A stretch of 64,000 nucleotides of DNA from Octopus vulgaris. Lineage: Eukaryota. The notes under the pieces are model-generated. The model ran no database searches, was not told the DNA's origin, and was given only the letters and a program-made list of their open reading frames with translations. Below are positions 25,340 to 39,279 of this stretch, piece by piece (position 1 is the first letter of the stretch; the number at the start of each line of letters is the position of its first letter). Both the position numbers and the translations under genes were made by a program. The stretch is taken from positions 171,864,001-171,928,000 of the forward strand of contig OX597817.1 of NCBI GenBank assembly GCA_951406725.2. The letters run 5' to 3'.

Positions 25340-26803
25340 AAATGTATAAATTTATATATATAAATATATAAATATATATATGTATGTGTATGTATGTATG
25401 TATGCATATTTATATGTGTGTGTGTATATGCATGTGTGTATGTATTTATATGCAATATGTACGCATATACATAAATACATATGTATGTATGCATGTAGCA
25501 GCTAAGAAAAAAGCTTGGTTTGTTTTACCCAGAAGACAACACTGAATAATACATGATTCAACGGTGTGACTCACACTGCAAGCAAAGTAGGTAGACATTA
25601 TATAACACTTGATACTAAATTACTAAATGACTAAATGATGTACTTAATCCTCTGGAGCTCTGGAATCAACCTACTAATTTCAGTAACTTCTACAGGAGTA
25701 CATTGTAGATACTATACTGCCTTCCATGTCAGAAACTCTAGTGGCTTCTCTACAAAGAATCCACATTGTTTTCTCTATCTCTATTTTCACCGACAAGTTC
25801 TAAATTCTGCGAGCTTTGCTTTCATGTTAGTTTTGAGATAATCACTCTCAGAAATCGATGAAAATGCTGACTCACATTCAAAGACATTATTGCAATGTTT
25901 TTCTTTATTTTTTCTTTATTTTTTTTTTATTTCAGTCTTCTACCCTTATCTTCGTTTTAAATTATTACATCATCGTGGTTATCATCGTCAGATGGTGATG
26001 TCTAACTGACTGATATGTCAAAGGAGCATTGAACTACAAGCTGAATGATTGGTGGCTCGTATCCTATCGATCATTCCTATGTAGACTGAAGTGGACACAG
26101 CATAGCTGAACTGAACAGTTAAGTGGTTTCTTAGCAACAATGAGGTCGTGAGTTCAATCCTCCTATGTGGCATCTTGGACATGTGTTTCTTATCATCGTC
26201 TCAGGTTGAACCAAACTTTGTAAAGGAAACTGAGTATATAGAAACTTTGGGGAAACAGGGTTGCCTTGTCAGCCTTATAGCTCTCATGCATTGAAATGCA
26301 CAGGGGGTGGGGACTATAATATTTTTTTTTTTGACAACAAATCTCAACATGCATAGTTTAGCACTGAAGCTCTTTAACATAGAGACCCTTTGGGTAACTG
26401 GTCAGTATACCGATGTACCGATGCTTTAAGACATCACTATATGGAAGTCCAGTGGATAGATTGTACTGACCAGTGTACTCATGCTCTTTTGTAGCAAACC
26501 AGAACATATATAGTTTAGCAACTGGTCAGTATACTATATGGAAATCCAATGGATAGATTGTACTTGTGATTAAAGGTCCAATATTGTTTCACGGTGTCAC
26601 ACTGATTCTGACCGAGAATTACATTGTACACATGTATGTGGAGTATGTAGCCATTAATATATTAAATTATTGAACTCATTGATACTCCTGGTGTTCAAAC
26701 AACTGAAAACTCAGCATTGCTGAAATTGATGGACATCTACATATTTTTATTTACTTACAGCCAGTATTGATTGCCAAAGCATTTAACAGGACATAGTTTC
26801 TTA

Positions 26804-26844
<41 letters not shown>

Positions 26845-27822
26845 GCCTTTCCACATGCACATAACATGTACAAAAGAGGCTCACTACAAAATGGCTTTTT
26901 TGGCAAGATACAACAGAAGTTAACGAGCAGAGGAAATATCAGAGGAGTGTATATTGGATATGATTGAGTGGGTGGGAGCCGCAATGCATATAATTAGTTA
27001 CTTTGGAAATAGGTGGACTCAGATGCTGAGTATTAAGTACCATGTTGATGGACACCATACAGTGTCAATGTCAAAAACAAAGATCCACCACTCACAGGCA
27101 GCTGTTTCATTAGTTAACCTGTTGACTTGGCAATTAGCACTCTCATTAGGTATGTAAATGGTTATCCATACCACATAGTGACCAGCTCTTAATGTGCACG
27201 AGGATTTTAATGGAATTGGTCACTAATTCTGAATGAAATTCCAGTCAATACAGGATTTCTACTTCTTCATTTGTAGAGAAATGAGTAGCTTGGGTGGCTT
27301 TGGGTGCATCCGTTTTTTTGATTAGTTAAACTATAGTAAGAGCATAATCTGTTATAAATTAGCATTCTTAAAGCACTAATTATGATAGAATTAATCCCTC
27401 TTTGAACTTCACTCAGTTGTTGCTAATGATCTCCCACTGGATTCATTATTAGAATAAAATGTTAATGAAACTATTTCAGAAAATAAATATGTATGTTTAT
27501 GCATGTATATACATATGTCATGCATATTTGTGAATATATGCTACAAATTTAAAGAATTATTATTCAAATGTTGGCAAAAACGGCTCATGACATATTTTTC
27601 CAACACTTTTAAGTTCTAAGTTCAAATCCCATTGCGACCAGCCTTGTCATTTTGCCATTCATCTCCCTGGGGTCAATATGACAAAGTATCACCCATGTGT
27701 TGAGATTGCTCTTATTGGCTTAATTCCTCCCCTCAAAATTGCTGGTCATGTGCTGAAAGCAGATCATGTGTGTGTGTATGTGTGTATGTATTTATATGTG
27801 TATAGGTATATGATATATACTG

Positions 27823-28050
27823 AGGAGGTCTGTGGCTTAGGATGTTGACCCATGATCTAAAGATTGTGGTTTCATATTCCTGGACCAGGTGATGCCCTGT
27901 GCTCTTGGACAAAACACGTCATTTCATGTGGCCCCAGTCCACTCAGCAAGCAAAAATGAGTAATCCTGTGACAGACAAGGGCCCCATCTAGTGAAGAAAT
28001 ATATGCACCATGGAAACCAGCCCTACGGGGCTATATGACTCAGGAAGACT
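27823..28050 (+). mobile_element. SINE family C
   Basis: Homologous to 42523-42730. Confidence 0.7.
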
Positions 28051-28744
28051 CTATATATTATATATGTATTTGTGTGTGTGTGTGTGTTGGTTTGTATGTA
28101 CAATTAGCTTTATAGTCTTCAGAGAACAAGATAATAGTTGTGTTGTGATGTTCATGCCTTCCACAGAAGTGTTAGTGATGCATGGAACATGGAGTAGCTT
28201 TGGAGCAAAGTCAAATAACAAGACATAAGCTCAACAGAACCTCCATTCTAGGAAACTTTCTACACACACACACACACACATACACACACACACACACACT
28301 CACACACACATACATACACATGTATGAAACTGACTTGATACAGGTTACTTGGAATACATTAATATGTAGAGCTAATTAATTGCTCTCAGCCCAAGTTACA
28401 GAAAACAACCTTTAAAATCCAATGAAGATCCCGCACAACACCTGGCTTTCATATGTCTAATGAAGCAATGATATGCTCTCAAGTTCAAATCGGAAGCTGT
28501 GGAGATGATCTTGGCATCCGGAAGAAAGTATAGGAATACATTTCTCACAATCTATCTCTCAGTTTGTTGGTGAAAGAAGTAGATCAAGATGGTTAGGCAA
28601 ATTACGGAATATAGTATTTGCAATGAGCCGCATATTTGCAACCCATGTGGTATGAAACATCAAGGAGAGTGCCGTGTATTCATAGCCAGAGTTGCCTCAG
28701 CAGAATTGTAGGCCCACGAGCCTACAATCAATGCACTGGGCCCT

Positions 28745-28958
28745 ATATGGGTGGGTGGGGGTGGGGGGTGGGGGTGGGGGGTGGGGTCAGAATAGTTCCT
28801 GGCTTTAAAGATATTGTGAAAGACCTAGTTGGAAGCCTAACCTTCTGAGTTCTTTTAGAAAAACTGAAGGGGGAATTGTTGAATAAAATCATAATTAACT
28901 GATCCTCGTGTATATTTTTTTTACCCAAAGCCAGGAACTTTTCAGCAGCCCCTCCTAG
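28745..28958. mobile_element. Mariner-like MITE
   Basis: Inverted ends AGTTCCTGGCTTT / AAAGCCAGGAACT followed by TTTCAGCAGCCCCTCC-TA; left end expanded into G-runs. Confidence 0.55.
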
Positions 28959-29164
28959 CATTTATTTATTGACAGTAAGCCACAACATACATAGGTCTAA
29001 ATTGAGCCCTAGACTGAAGAAGCCTTTGGGTAACTGCCAAATATTCCCATACCTTGAGACAGTTCCTGCTCATGGCTACTGTACTGTGGATAGTCATATA
29101 CACATATTGACACAGGATCTAGCAAAGGAGCGTAACACATTTATTGACTTGACCTGTTCCTTGT

Positions 29165-29579
29165 AGTGGCTGTGTGGTAAGTAGCTTGCTAACCAACCAC
29201 ATGGTTCCAGGTTCAGTCCCACTGCGTGGTATCTTGGGCAAGTGTCTTCTGCTATAGCCCCAGACCGACCAATGCTTTGTGAGTGGATTTGGTAGACGGA
29301 AACTGAAAGAAGCCTGTTGTATATATGTATATATATATATATATATATGTGTGTCTGTGTTTGTGTGTCTGTGTTTGTCTCCCCAACATCGCTTGACAAC
29401 CGATGCTGGTGTGTTTACATCCCCGTCACTTAGTGGTTCGGCAAAAAGAGACCGATAGAATAAGTACTGGGCTTACAAAGAATAAGTCCCGGGGTTGATT
29501 TGCTCGACTAAAAAAGGCGGTGCTCCAGCATGGCCGCAGTCAAATGACTGAAACAAGTAAAAGAGAGAGAGAGAGAGAG
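29165..29579 (+). mobile_element. SINE family A
   Basis: Near-consensus copy. Confidence 0.88.
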
Positions 29580-30595
29580 TAACCATATCTTTCTCAATAT
29601 ATTCCTTAATATCATTAACACTTTTACTGTGGAAATCAGACCCATCCCCTCAAAAGTTTATTAACCTTAATTGCAGAAAGCAGTTTTATATACTGATCTA
29701 TCTTTTGATGAGGAATGTCATGTTTGAACCTATTTTATATCTTTTATTTTGTATCTTTTACTTGTTTCAGTCATTAGACTGTGGCCATTCTGGGGCACTG
29801 CCTTAAAACGATTTTAGTCAAACGAATTGATCACAGTACTTTTTTTAAAGACTGGTACTTATTCAATTGGTGTCTTTTGCCAAACTACTTATAAGATAAG
29901 TTCATTGACCCGACATGACTTGAAGAAAATACCAATTCTATTATTTGGTAGATATTTAACATCATTACTGAAATAACCTCAAAATTAAAATTTTATAGCT
30001 TTAACACTTTTCTGACCATGCTTTTTAAAAGAACATACTACCAATTCATTGAAGAGAATTTTCAAACTAAAGAATTATTTGAAAAGGCTTAGTAAATTAA
30101 TTGTAACTAATTATAATTATGATTAAACTGGTATCTACAATTTATCGATGATAATGATGGTGATGATGATTATGATGATTATGATGATGATGATGAGGAT
30201 GATGAGGATGATGAGGATGATGATGATGATGAGGATGGAAGGACAAATATTTACCTACTGGAACTTTGTATTGTAATTTACGCAGAAACAATATATTGTT
30301 TGACATTTCAATTTTATAAAAGAAAAGGACACTTTAAATACAAATGGCCTCTGGATAGGATGGCAAAACATGAGACCAAAGGGAACATTTTAGGTTGTGT
30401 GATGGTATTATACGGCTTAAAATAACCTCAGCTGATGTCATATAAAAGCATCCAGTACACTCTAAAATCACCAGTGTTAAGAAGGGCATCCAGCTAAAAG
30501 AGGCAACTGGAGTTTGGTGCAACCCTCCAGCATGCCAGCTCCTGTCAAACAGTCCAACCCATGCTAGCATGGAAAATGAGTGTTAAATGATAATA

Positions 30596-30632
<37 letters not shown>

Positions 30633-30639
<7 letters not shown>

Positions 30640-30914
30640 GGCCGTTGCCAGCACCGCCTTCGGTGGCACGTTAAAAGCTCCAACCGATTGTGGCCGATGC
30701 CAGACCCCCCTGGCACCTGTGCAGGTGGCACGTAAAAAGCACCCACTACACTCGCGGAGTGGTTGGCATTAGGAAGGGCATCCAGCTGTAGAAACTCTGC
30801 CAGATCAGACTGGAGCCTGGTGCAACCCCTGGCTTCCCAGACCCCGGTTGAACCATCCAACCCGTGCTAGTGCGGAAAACGGACGTTAAACGATGATGAT
30901 GATGATGACGATGA
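30633..30914 (+). mobile_element. Repeat family D
   Basis: GGCACGTAAAAAGCAC subrepeats; AGGAAGGGCATCCAGCTG; tail GGACGTTAAAC(GAT)n. Confidence 0.8.
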
Positions 30915-30921
30915 TATATAT

Positions 30922-31259
30922 ATAAATTATCGAAATATTCCACTGACGACGGGAATGAATTTGTATAATTCTAACCGAGAAACCCATCCAAAATTAATTG
31001 ATTTTGTTATTTTTCTTCTTTTTGCTTAAGTGAGTTACAAATATTGTTATCTGTGGAGTAATATCTGTTGTAAAAAGAAATGAGCTGTCTTTGGCTGCTA
31101 TTTCTAAATTTTCGGTATGTGGTGAAGCAACTTGTTGCTTAACCCTTAATTATTTTTATGTATAAAAAAACTTTTTGTAAAAAGTTCCTCCCGATAATGG
31201 TTCTCTTTCCATACTGAAACTACTTGGTAAAATTTAATAATTCTTTACCCTTATATTTG

Positions 31260-31262
<3 letters not shown>
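30922..31262 (+). mobile_element. TA-flanked insert, probable Penelope-like remnant
   Basis: CTGACGA (30943-30949), hairpin CGG..GAATT..AATTC..CCG, GAAAC (30979-30983); no cleavage triplet follows. Confidence 0.4.
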
Positions 31263-31314
<52 letters not shown>

Positions 31315-31610
31315 GTGTGTGTATGTAAACATACATATATGTATATCTATACACACGTACATGCATGTATATTAAGTTACTTTGAAGTCACATTGAGTGA
31401 GTTTTACATATTAAAGTATACAAACGTATGTGAATTTATGCTCCTGCTACAATGGGCTTGAAATGAAAACTAAGCTGAGAGGTAAGTTAAAAGAGTTCAT
31501 TGCTGAAAGTTCTGAGAAAACTGCAGCTGCAAAAGGCTATCTTTATGCTACATCACTGGTATTTGTTAGCTCATCTGCTGTCTGTGTTACCACTACTGCT
31601 GCTGCTGCTG

Positions 31611-31671
<61 letters not shown>

Positions 31672-32279
31672 TACTTCTACTACTGCTTGTAGCGGCTAAA
31701 TATGCATGTTAATACAACTTGGTGCTAAACACTGATTGGTTGCTAGAAATAGCTGATGTATAATGTTACTGGCCCAGCTCTTGCCATCAGCTTGCAGTGC
31801 TGTCAGTGACTAGGCATACCTAAGGATACATTCGATGGCTGTAAGTCAAATCTCTGAGTACATACTTCCCTCGCTGGCATACCACTGCCATAGTCTTCCA
31901 CTTACTCTGAGATTAACTATATCTACATCCATACAGCCTGCTGCTATTAATCTCATTCCAGTTTTGGGTCAGCAGTACCACTCTGGTGAGAAACTGGGGA
32001 TATAGTTGTTGTTTGTCTAAACCAAAAATATATCAGGACCATAGAGAAAAAAATGTTAAAATTTCTGGTGTGCAAGGTTTGCAATGCACTTTTGATTTCT
32101 GGTTGTAGCTACGCCCATTTTACTTATTATTATACCATTAATCCAGCCATTTTCTCTGCTCACTATACCTAGGAGGACTGTGAAGTTAGAGTTCCTAGGT
32201 ACTTCCCCCATAGGTCATATCAGAAGAATCCGTTGTTACACTTTCAGGCCAGATTCTCAAATGTGACCAAATGAGATTC

Positions 32280-32961
32280 TCTCTCTTTTACTCTTTTACT
32301 TGTTTCAGTCATTTGACTGCGGCCATGCTGGAGCACCGCCTTTAATCGAGCAACTCGACCCCGGGACTTATTCTTTTTGTAAGCCCAGTACTTATTCTAA
32401 CGGTCTCTTTTTGCCGAACCGCTAGGTAACAAGAACGTAAACACACCAGCATTGGTTGTCAAGCAATGCTAGGGGGAGCCTGGTCTGGTGGTACGTAAAA
32501 AGCACTATCCGACTCGTAGCCGATGCCAGCGCCGCCTTGACTGGCTTCCATGCCGGTGGCACATAAAATACACCAATCCGACCGTGGCCGTTGCCAGCCT
32601 CGCCTGGCACCTGTGCAGGTGGCACGTAAAAAGCACCCACTACACTCACGGAGTGGTTGGAAGGGCATCCAGCTGTAGAAACATTGCCAGATCAGACTGG
32701 AGCCTGGTGCAGCCTTCTGGCTTCCCAGAACCCCGGTCGAACCGTCCAACTCATGCTAGCGTGGAGAACGGACGTTAAACGACGATGATGATGATGATGA
32801 TATACGACAGGCTTCTTTCAGTTTCTGTCTACCAAATCCACTCACAAGGCTTTGGTCGGTCCAAGGCTATAGTAGAAGACACTTTCCCAAGGTGCCACGC
32901 AGTGGGACTGAACCCGGAACCATATGGTTGGTAAACAAGCTACTTACCACACAGCCACTCC
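32280..32961 (-). mobile_element. SINE family A with a nested family D copy (32478-32800, +)
   Basis: Tail and head of A are separated by a D copy that replaces the central microsatellite. Confidence 0.85.
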
Positions 32962-33161
32962 TATCCAACAAATCCATTCATAGTCTACTCCTAAGTCTCC
33001 AGCCAGATTGCTTCACCTGAAGAATCTGTCTAGCAATTCCATTAAATGTACTTGGAACAAAAGTAGAGCATCACAATTTATATTTATAATTCTATAGCAT
33101 TGCTAAGACTGATTACTTAGCTATGTATACATCTTAACAAATATCAAATAATTTAGTATAG

Positions 33162-33336
33162 AGGTGCAGGAGTGCCTGCGTGGTAAGTAGCTTGCTAACA
33201 AACCACATGGTTCTGGGTTCAGTCTCACTGCATGGCACCTTGGGCAAGTGTCTTCTACAATACATATTAGCCTCAGGCTGACCAAAGCCTTGTGAGTGGA
33301 TTTGGTAGACAGAAACTGAAAGAAGCCCCTTGTATG

Positions 33337-33378
<42 letters not shown>

Positions 33379-33562
33379 GTGTGTGTGTGGGTGTGTGGGT
33401 GTTTGATTGTACATTTTACATCTGGTTTTATACTTATTCTGATACTTATACTACCAGTCCCTTTTGCTGAACTGCTAAGTTATGGGAGCTATAAACACAC
33501 CAGCACCAGTTGTCAAGTGGCAATGGAGGACAAACACAGACACAAAGATGCACACCATATAC

Positions 33563-33611
<49 letters not shown>

Positions 33612-33768
33612 GCTTCTTTCAGTTTCCATCTACCAAATCCACCTACAAGTGTTTGGTTGGCTTGAAAATACAGTAGCAGATACTTGCCCAAGGTGCCACA
33701 CAGTGGGACTGTACCCAGAACCATACAGTTGGATAGCAAACCGCTTATGACATAGCCATGACTACACC
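33162..33768. mobile_element. Two SINE A copies in opposite orientation (33162-33330 +, 33455-33768 -)
   Basis: Head motifs on both strands. Confidence 0.75.
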
Positions 33769-34195
33769 TATACATACATAAATACATACATACATAAATG
33801 GGTGTGTATGTGTTTTTACTGACATAATTTCGTTGTCTTAAGTGAAAATAAAAATGCCGTTAAGTGTTGTTATTGCCTGTACAAATACATCTGATATATT
33901 TGGGTTTTTTTCTTTTCTTCTTAGTAATTTTTAAGGTAATATTTTTCTGTGGTTCTTTCATTGTTTTCTGGTCTATCGATTTAGTGGACAATTAAATTAC
34001 CAGTGTCTATGTATGAATGTATGTATGTATGTATGTATGTATGTATGTATGTATGTATGTATGTATCTATCTGTCTGTCTGTCTATCTATCCATCTATCT
34101 ATCTATTTATCTATCTATCTCTATGTATCTATCTATCTATCAATCTATCTATATCTATCTGTGTCTCTATCTATGTAGCCATCCATCAATCTGTA

Positions 34196-34295
<100 letters not shown>

Positions 34296-35039
34296 TCTAC
34301 CTATTTATTGACTGACCTGTCTGTCCCTCCATCCATCCATTCATTGGTCCGTCCGTCTGCCTGCCTCTCTCTAATTGTCTGTGTCTTTCTTTAACTATTT
34401 ATCTTAAACATTTTGTTATTACCTGCTCTCAGCATTACTGAGACCACAACCACTACTACCAACACCACCACCACCACCACCACCAACACCAACACCGCCA
34501 TCATCCTCAGTGTCCTACGAGAAAAGTTTCAAGACAAAAACACAAAAGGAAAAAACAAAAAAAACAGAATCCAGCCAAAGCAATTTGTACTTGGCCTCAC
34601 CTACCCCCTTTCCACCCATTTCATTTCAAATTATGCAACAGGCAGTCTTTTTCTTTCTTTTTTTTTTTTCTCCAGGTCTGTAGAGTCTATTGTTGTAAAA
34701 ACCTTGTGTACTAAGTAGACGTAATGTAACTTATTAATACATAAATTAAACAAGCAGACATCATCAGGGAATGGATCAATAGACTCGATCATAAAATTTA
34801 TAATAGAAATTTGTGAAGAACATCTCTAGTCTGTATAATAATGGTTCAGCTGCTGGAAATTCTTGAACAACAATGAAAAACGGAGCACTGGTTATTGTTG
34901 TTGTTGTTGTGGCAGAGGTGGTGGTGGTGGTGGATGTGATTGTGGTGGAGAGGAGCAAAGGGTTTATTTCATGTTATTTCTTTTTCCCCTTTTCCCCCCC
35001 TTTTTTTCTGTTTTCTTGCACCTGCTCATCTCTGCTTTT

Positions 35040-35110
35040 TATCCATCCATCCATCCGTCCGTCCATCCGTCCATCCATCCATCCATCCATCCATCCGTCC
35101 GTCCATCCAT

Positions 35111-35146
<36 letters not shown>

Positions 35147-35202
35147 CCATCCATCCGTCCGTCCGTCCGTCTGTCCATCCATCCATCCATCCATCCATCC
35201 AT
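35040..35202. repeat. (CCAT/CCGT)n microsatellite
   Basis: Read directly. Confidence 0.95.
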
Positions 35203-35256
35203 CTTGTCTTATTTCATACCTCTTCATTAATTCATTTAGTACCACCACCTTTTTGT

Positions 35257-35521
35257 GGAGGCAGGTGGCTTAGTGGTTAAGGGTGTTGGACCCATGACTG
35301 TAAGATTGTGGTTTCAATTCCTGGACCAGGCGACGTGTTGTGTTCTTGAGCAAAACACTTCATTTCACGTTTGCTCCAGTCCACTCAGCTAACAAAAACA
35401 AGTAATCTTGTGATGGACCGGCGTCTTGTCCAGGTGGGGAGTATATATATGCCATGGAAACCAGAAAACCAGCCGTAATGAGTTGGTATGACCGGAGAAG
35501 GTACCTTTACCTTACCCTACC
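35257..35521 (+). mobile_element. SINE family C with a target-site duplication
   Basis: TGGCTTAGTGGTTAAG...GGTTTCAATTCC; TACCACCACCTTTTT at 35240-35254 and 35522-35536. Confidence 0.85.
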
Positions 35522-36327
35522 TACCACCACCTTTTTCACTGATGAAAATAACCTCCCTACCACATTCACACACACTCATGCACAGAAGCACACACATACA
35601 CACATACATATATACAAACACACATGCTAGAATAACAAGCCCTTAAAATAAATTTTAATTGTTGTTATTTGATATCACCTCATCCCTGACAGGTCCAGTC
35701 TGGATTAGGCAGAGCTATAATGAAAAGCATCCTAACCATGGCCATTCCATCTATTCCCTCCAGAGATAGCCTACTCAGAGTCACATTATGTAATCTGAGT
35801 GAGAGAAAAAAAATGAGAGATATAGCTGCTATTTCTAGCATGTTAAGTGACTACATAGAAGGTCCCATATTTGTGTTATTTTTAATCTGTTGCTTTGTGT
35901 CTCAGGCTTCTCATTAAGGGTTTTTTTTTCATCTTATCTTATATTTTCATTCAATATCACATTTCCTTCTTTTAATTCTTATTCAGAGAGAAGAGGAAGG
36001 ACAGTGTTCATAACCTTACTTTAAATATTTCTTGCAGGTGTAGCGAAAAACAAAATATAAATAAACAAGTATTGGGGTTGATTTGTTTGACTAAAATTCT
36101 TCAAGGCGGTGCCCCAGCATGGCCACAGTCTAATGACTGAAACATGTGATAGATAGCAGATAAATGATAGGCATGGGTGTGTGGTGAAGAGATGTGTTTT
36201 GCAATCATATAGTATCAGGTTCAGTCCCACTGTATGGTATCTTTGGTAGGCAACCTCTACAAGAGCCACAGCTCAACTGATGCTTTGTGAGTGAAACTGG
36301 CAGACCAGAACTGCACAAAAGCCCATC

Positions 36328-36395
<68 letters not shown>

Positions 36396-36440
36396 ATGTA
36401 TGTATGTATGTATGTATGTATGTATGTATGTATGTATGTA

Positions 36441-36478
<38 letters not shown>

Positions 36479-36829
36479 TGTCTGTCTGTCTCCAAGTCTG
36501 TCCATACATTTCTGCCATTCACAAAAAGAGAAACAAAAATGGTGTGTCTCTTTGTCCTGTAACTTAGCAACAAATATAGATCGTAAAATGAAAGATAATC
36601 CAAGGTGAACGGCAAAAGTCTGCATCGGCAAATCTTGTATCATTTTAAAAATGCAACAGAAAGTAGAGAATGAAATCGGTTTGAGAAGCAGAGTACGTCT
36701 AAGAAGCTTAACCAGTTCCTTAAACACAGAAGATGTACAGAACTCTATTGTCTTTTTTTCCATTTATTGCTTGCCATCTTTAAACCCTGAAGATGGGATT
36801 CTGCCCAAAACATTAAATTGCCTTGCAAT

Positions 36830-37049
36830 ATTAGTTTCAAATTTTGGCACAAGACCAGCAAGTTCAGGGGAGGGAGGGAGTAAGTCAATTACATCAACCC
36901 TAGTATTCATCTGGTATTTATTTTATCGGTCCCCAAAAGGATGAAAGGCAAAGTGAACCTCAGTGAAATTTGAACTCAGAACATAAAGACAGACAAAATG
37001 CCACAAACCATTTTGCCTGATTAAGCTAATGATTCTGTCAGTTCACCAC
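36830..37049 (-). mobile_element. SINE family B (tail 2), degenerate
   Basis: AAAGGATGAAAGGCAAAGT...AATTTGAACTCAGAAC. Confidence 0.7.
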
Positions 37050-37758
37050 TTTGAAATCCTAGGTGATACTGATATTCATTCTAGTACCTTAGTTTATATG
37101 TTCAAATCCTGCCAAGATCAACTCCAAATTTCATCCTTCTTGCATTCATAAAATAAAATACAGTTTAGAGCAGTGAACAGGCAGAAACGCTTTCAGGTGC
37201 TGTGCAGTGGGACTGAACCCCAAATTAAATGGTTGCAATGCAAGCTTCTTAACCACACAGCCACGAAGACCTTTTTCCTTTCTTAGTCTATAAGTTTTTT
37301 TTGGTTTGTTTTTTTGTGAGCTGTTCATCCATTTTCTGACCTCTTTGACACCCACATATTTGCTTCCTTTCTCATTCATTCCATACCAATATTTCACTTT
37401 CCCACAACACCACCCACCCACTCCCTTCTTCTTCTTCTCCCCCACTTCCACACACACCCATACACCAGCAACAATGATGAGCCTTATTATATTTTTTTGT
37501 TTCTTGTTTAGCTTGATTTTGTTTTTTTCTTTACTTGTCTTGGAAACAAAGTAGCAGTGTTCACTATTTCATTCTATGGTTCATGGTTCCGACACACACA
37601 CACACACACTCATGCATACACACACACATAGGCATACACACACGCCCACATGCACACTATTCAAACTAACCATTTATGAAAATTCAGTACCAAGCACACA
37701 ACCACTAAGTTGCATGCCTCTCTCTCTCTCTCCTTCATATGCACATATACTCAAATAT

Positions 37759-37803
<45 letters not shown>

Positions 37804-37806
37804 CAC

Positions 37807-37923
<117 letters not shown>

Positions 37924-38018
37924 TATATGTATATATATATATACATATATATATACATATATATATATACATATATATATACATATATATATATACATAT
38001 ATATATATACATATATAT

Positions 38019-38078
<60 letters not shown>

Positions 38079-38379
38079 TTATATATATATATTAAACATT
38101 ATAAGTACCAGTTCGAGACAGGACAAGACTGACAGGTACGCTGACAAAAACCCAAGCATGATTCTATCACCTTTGCCAGGTAATCTTGTTACGTATTGCT
38201 CCACAGAGCGTCTATCGTTCCCTCCTAAAACATTAAGTACAGAAATGTTATTCTACACAAATGCTGCAGCTATTTAACTATTTCTACCTCCACAAATATC
38301 CCACTTGTTCCTCATGTCATTTCTCAGTGACATTGCCTGTCAGTATTTATATATATGTGTGTGTGTGTGTGTGTAAAGT

Positions 38380-38878
38380 GGAGGTGCATGGCTTAGTGGT
38401 TAGGGTGTCAGCATCATTATCGTAAGATTGTGGTTTCAATTCCTGCACTGGGTGACGAGTTGTGTTCTTAAGCAAAACAATTCATTTCACGTTGGTCCAG
38501 TCCACTCTACTGGAAAAAATGAGTGTGTGTGTGTATGCTTATATGTAAACATATATAAGAAGGTGTGTGGGTTAATGTTTAGGGTATTTGACTCACAATC
38601 GTAAGGTCGTGAGTTCATGTCCCAGTGATGCGTTGTGACCTTGAGCAAGATACTTTATTTCTTGTTGCTACAGTCCACTCATCTGGCACAAATGAGTAGT
38701 ACTTGTAGTTCAAAGGGCCAGCTTTGTCGCATCCTATGTCATGGTGAATCAACCTGAGAACTTCTTTCAGGGTACATGTATTTGTTGAGTGGTCAGCCAC
38801 TTATGCATTAATTCCATGAGCAGGCTGTTCCATTGATCGAATCAACTGAAACACTTGTCATCATGACTGATGGAGAGC
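38380..38878 (+). mobile_element. Two SINE family C copies (38380-38525 and 38558-38878)
   Basis: Family C head and CAGTCCACTC motif occur twice. Confidence 0.75.
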
Positions 38879-39051
38879 CTGGCCAAATATGTATAGATGC
38901 ACACTTGGCTTTGTGGCAAAACGTTTGCTTCCCCAATCTACTATGTGTCAACTTGAGTATGTGTCTTCTGTTACTGCTCCAGACTCACCAAAGCTTTTTG
39001 GAAAGATTTGGTAAATGGAAACTGAAAGAAGTCCATTATATATCATCATTT

Positions 39052-39279
39052 GGCGGCGAGCTGGCAGAAACGTTAGCATGCCGGGCGAAATGCTTAGCGG
39101 TATTTTGTCTGCCGCTACGTTCTGAGTTCAAATTCCGCCGAGGTCGACTTTGCCTTTCATCCTTTCGGGGTCGATAAATTAAGTACCAGTTCACTGGGGT
39201 CGATGTAATCGACTTAATCCGTTTGTCTGTCCTTATTTGTCCCGTCTGTGTTTAGCCCCTTGTGGGTAGTAAAGAAATA
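39052..39279 (+). mobile_element. SINE family B monomer, full length, with TSD
   Basis: GGCGGCGAGCTGGCAGAAACG...AAAGAAATA; TATATATCATCATT at 39037-39050 and 39280-39293. Confidence 0.92.

Noticed and set aside
31185-31240. Additional hammerhead (CCGATAA...GAAACTACTTGGTA)
   Set aside because: Two core mismatches and no credible stems I or II.
31430-31699. 89-aa ORF
   Set aside because: Half is a (CTA)n tract and the rest has no recognisable motif.
34646-34720. Strong splice acceptor (polypyrimidine tract plus CAG at 34673-34675); similar at about 25935
   Set aside because: The frames checked close soon after, no convincing donor or protein similarity is visible, and T-runs are frequent here.
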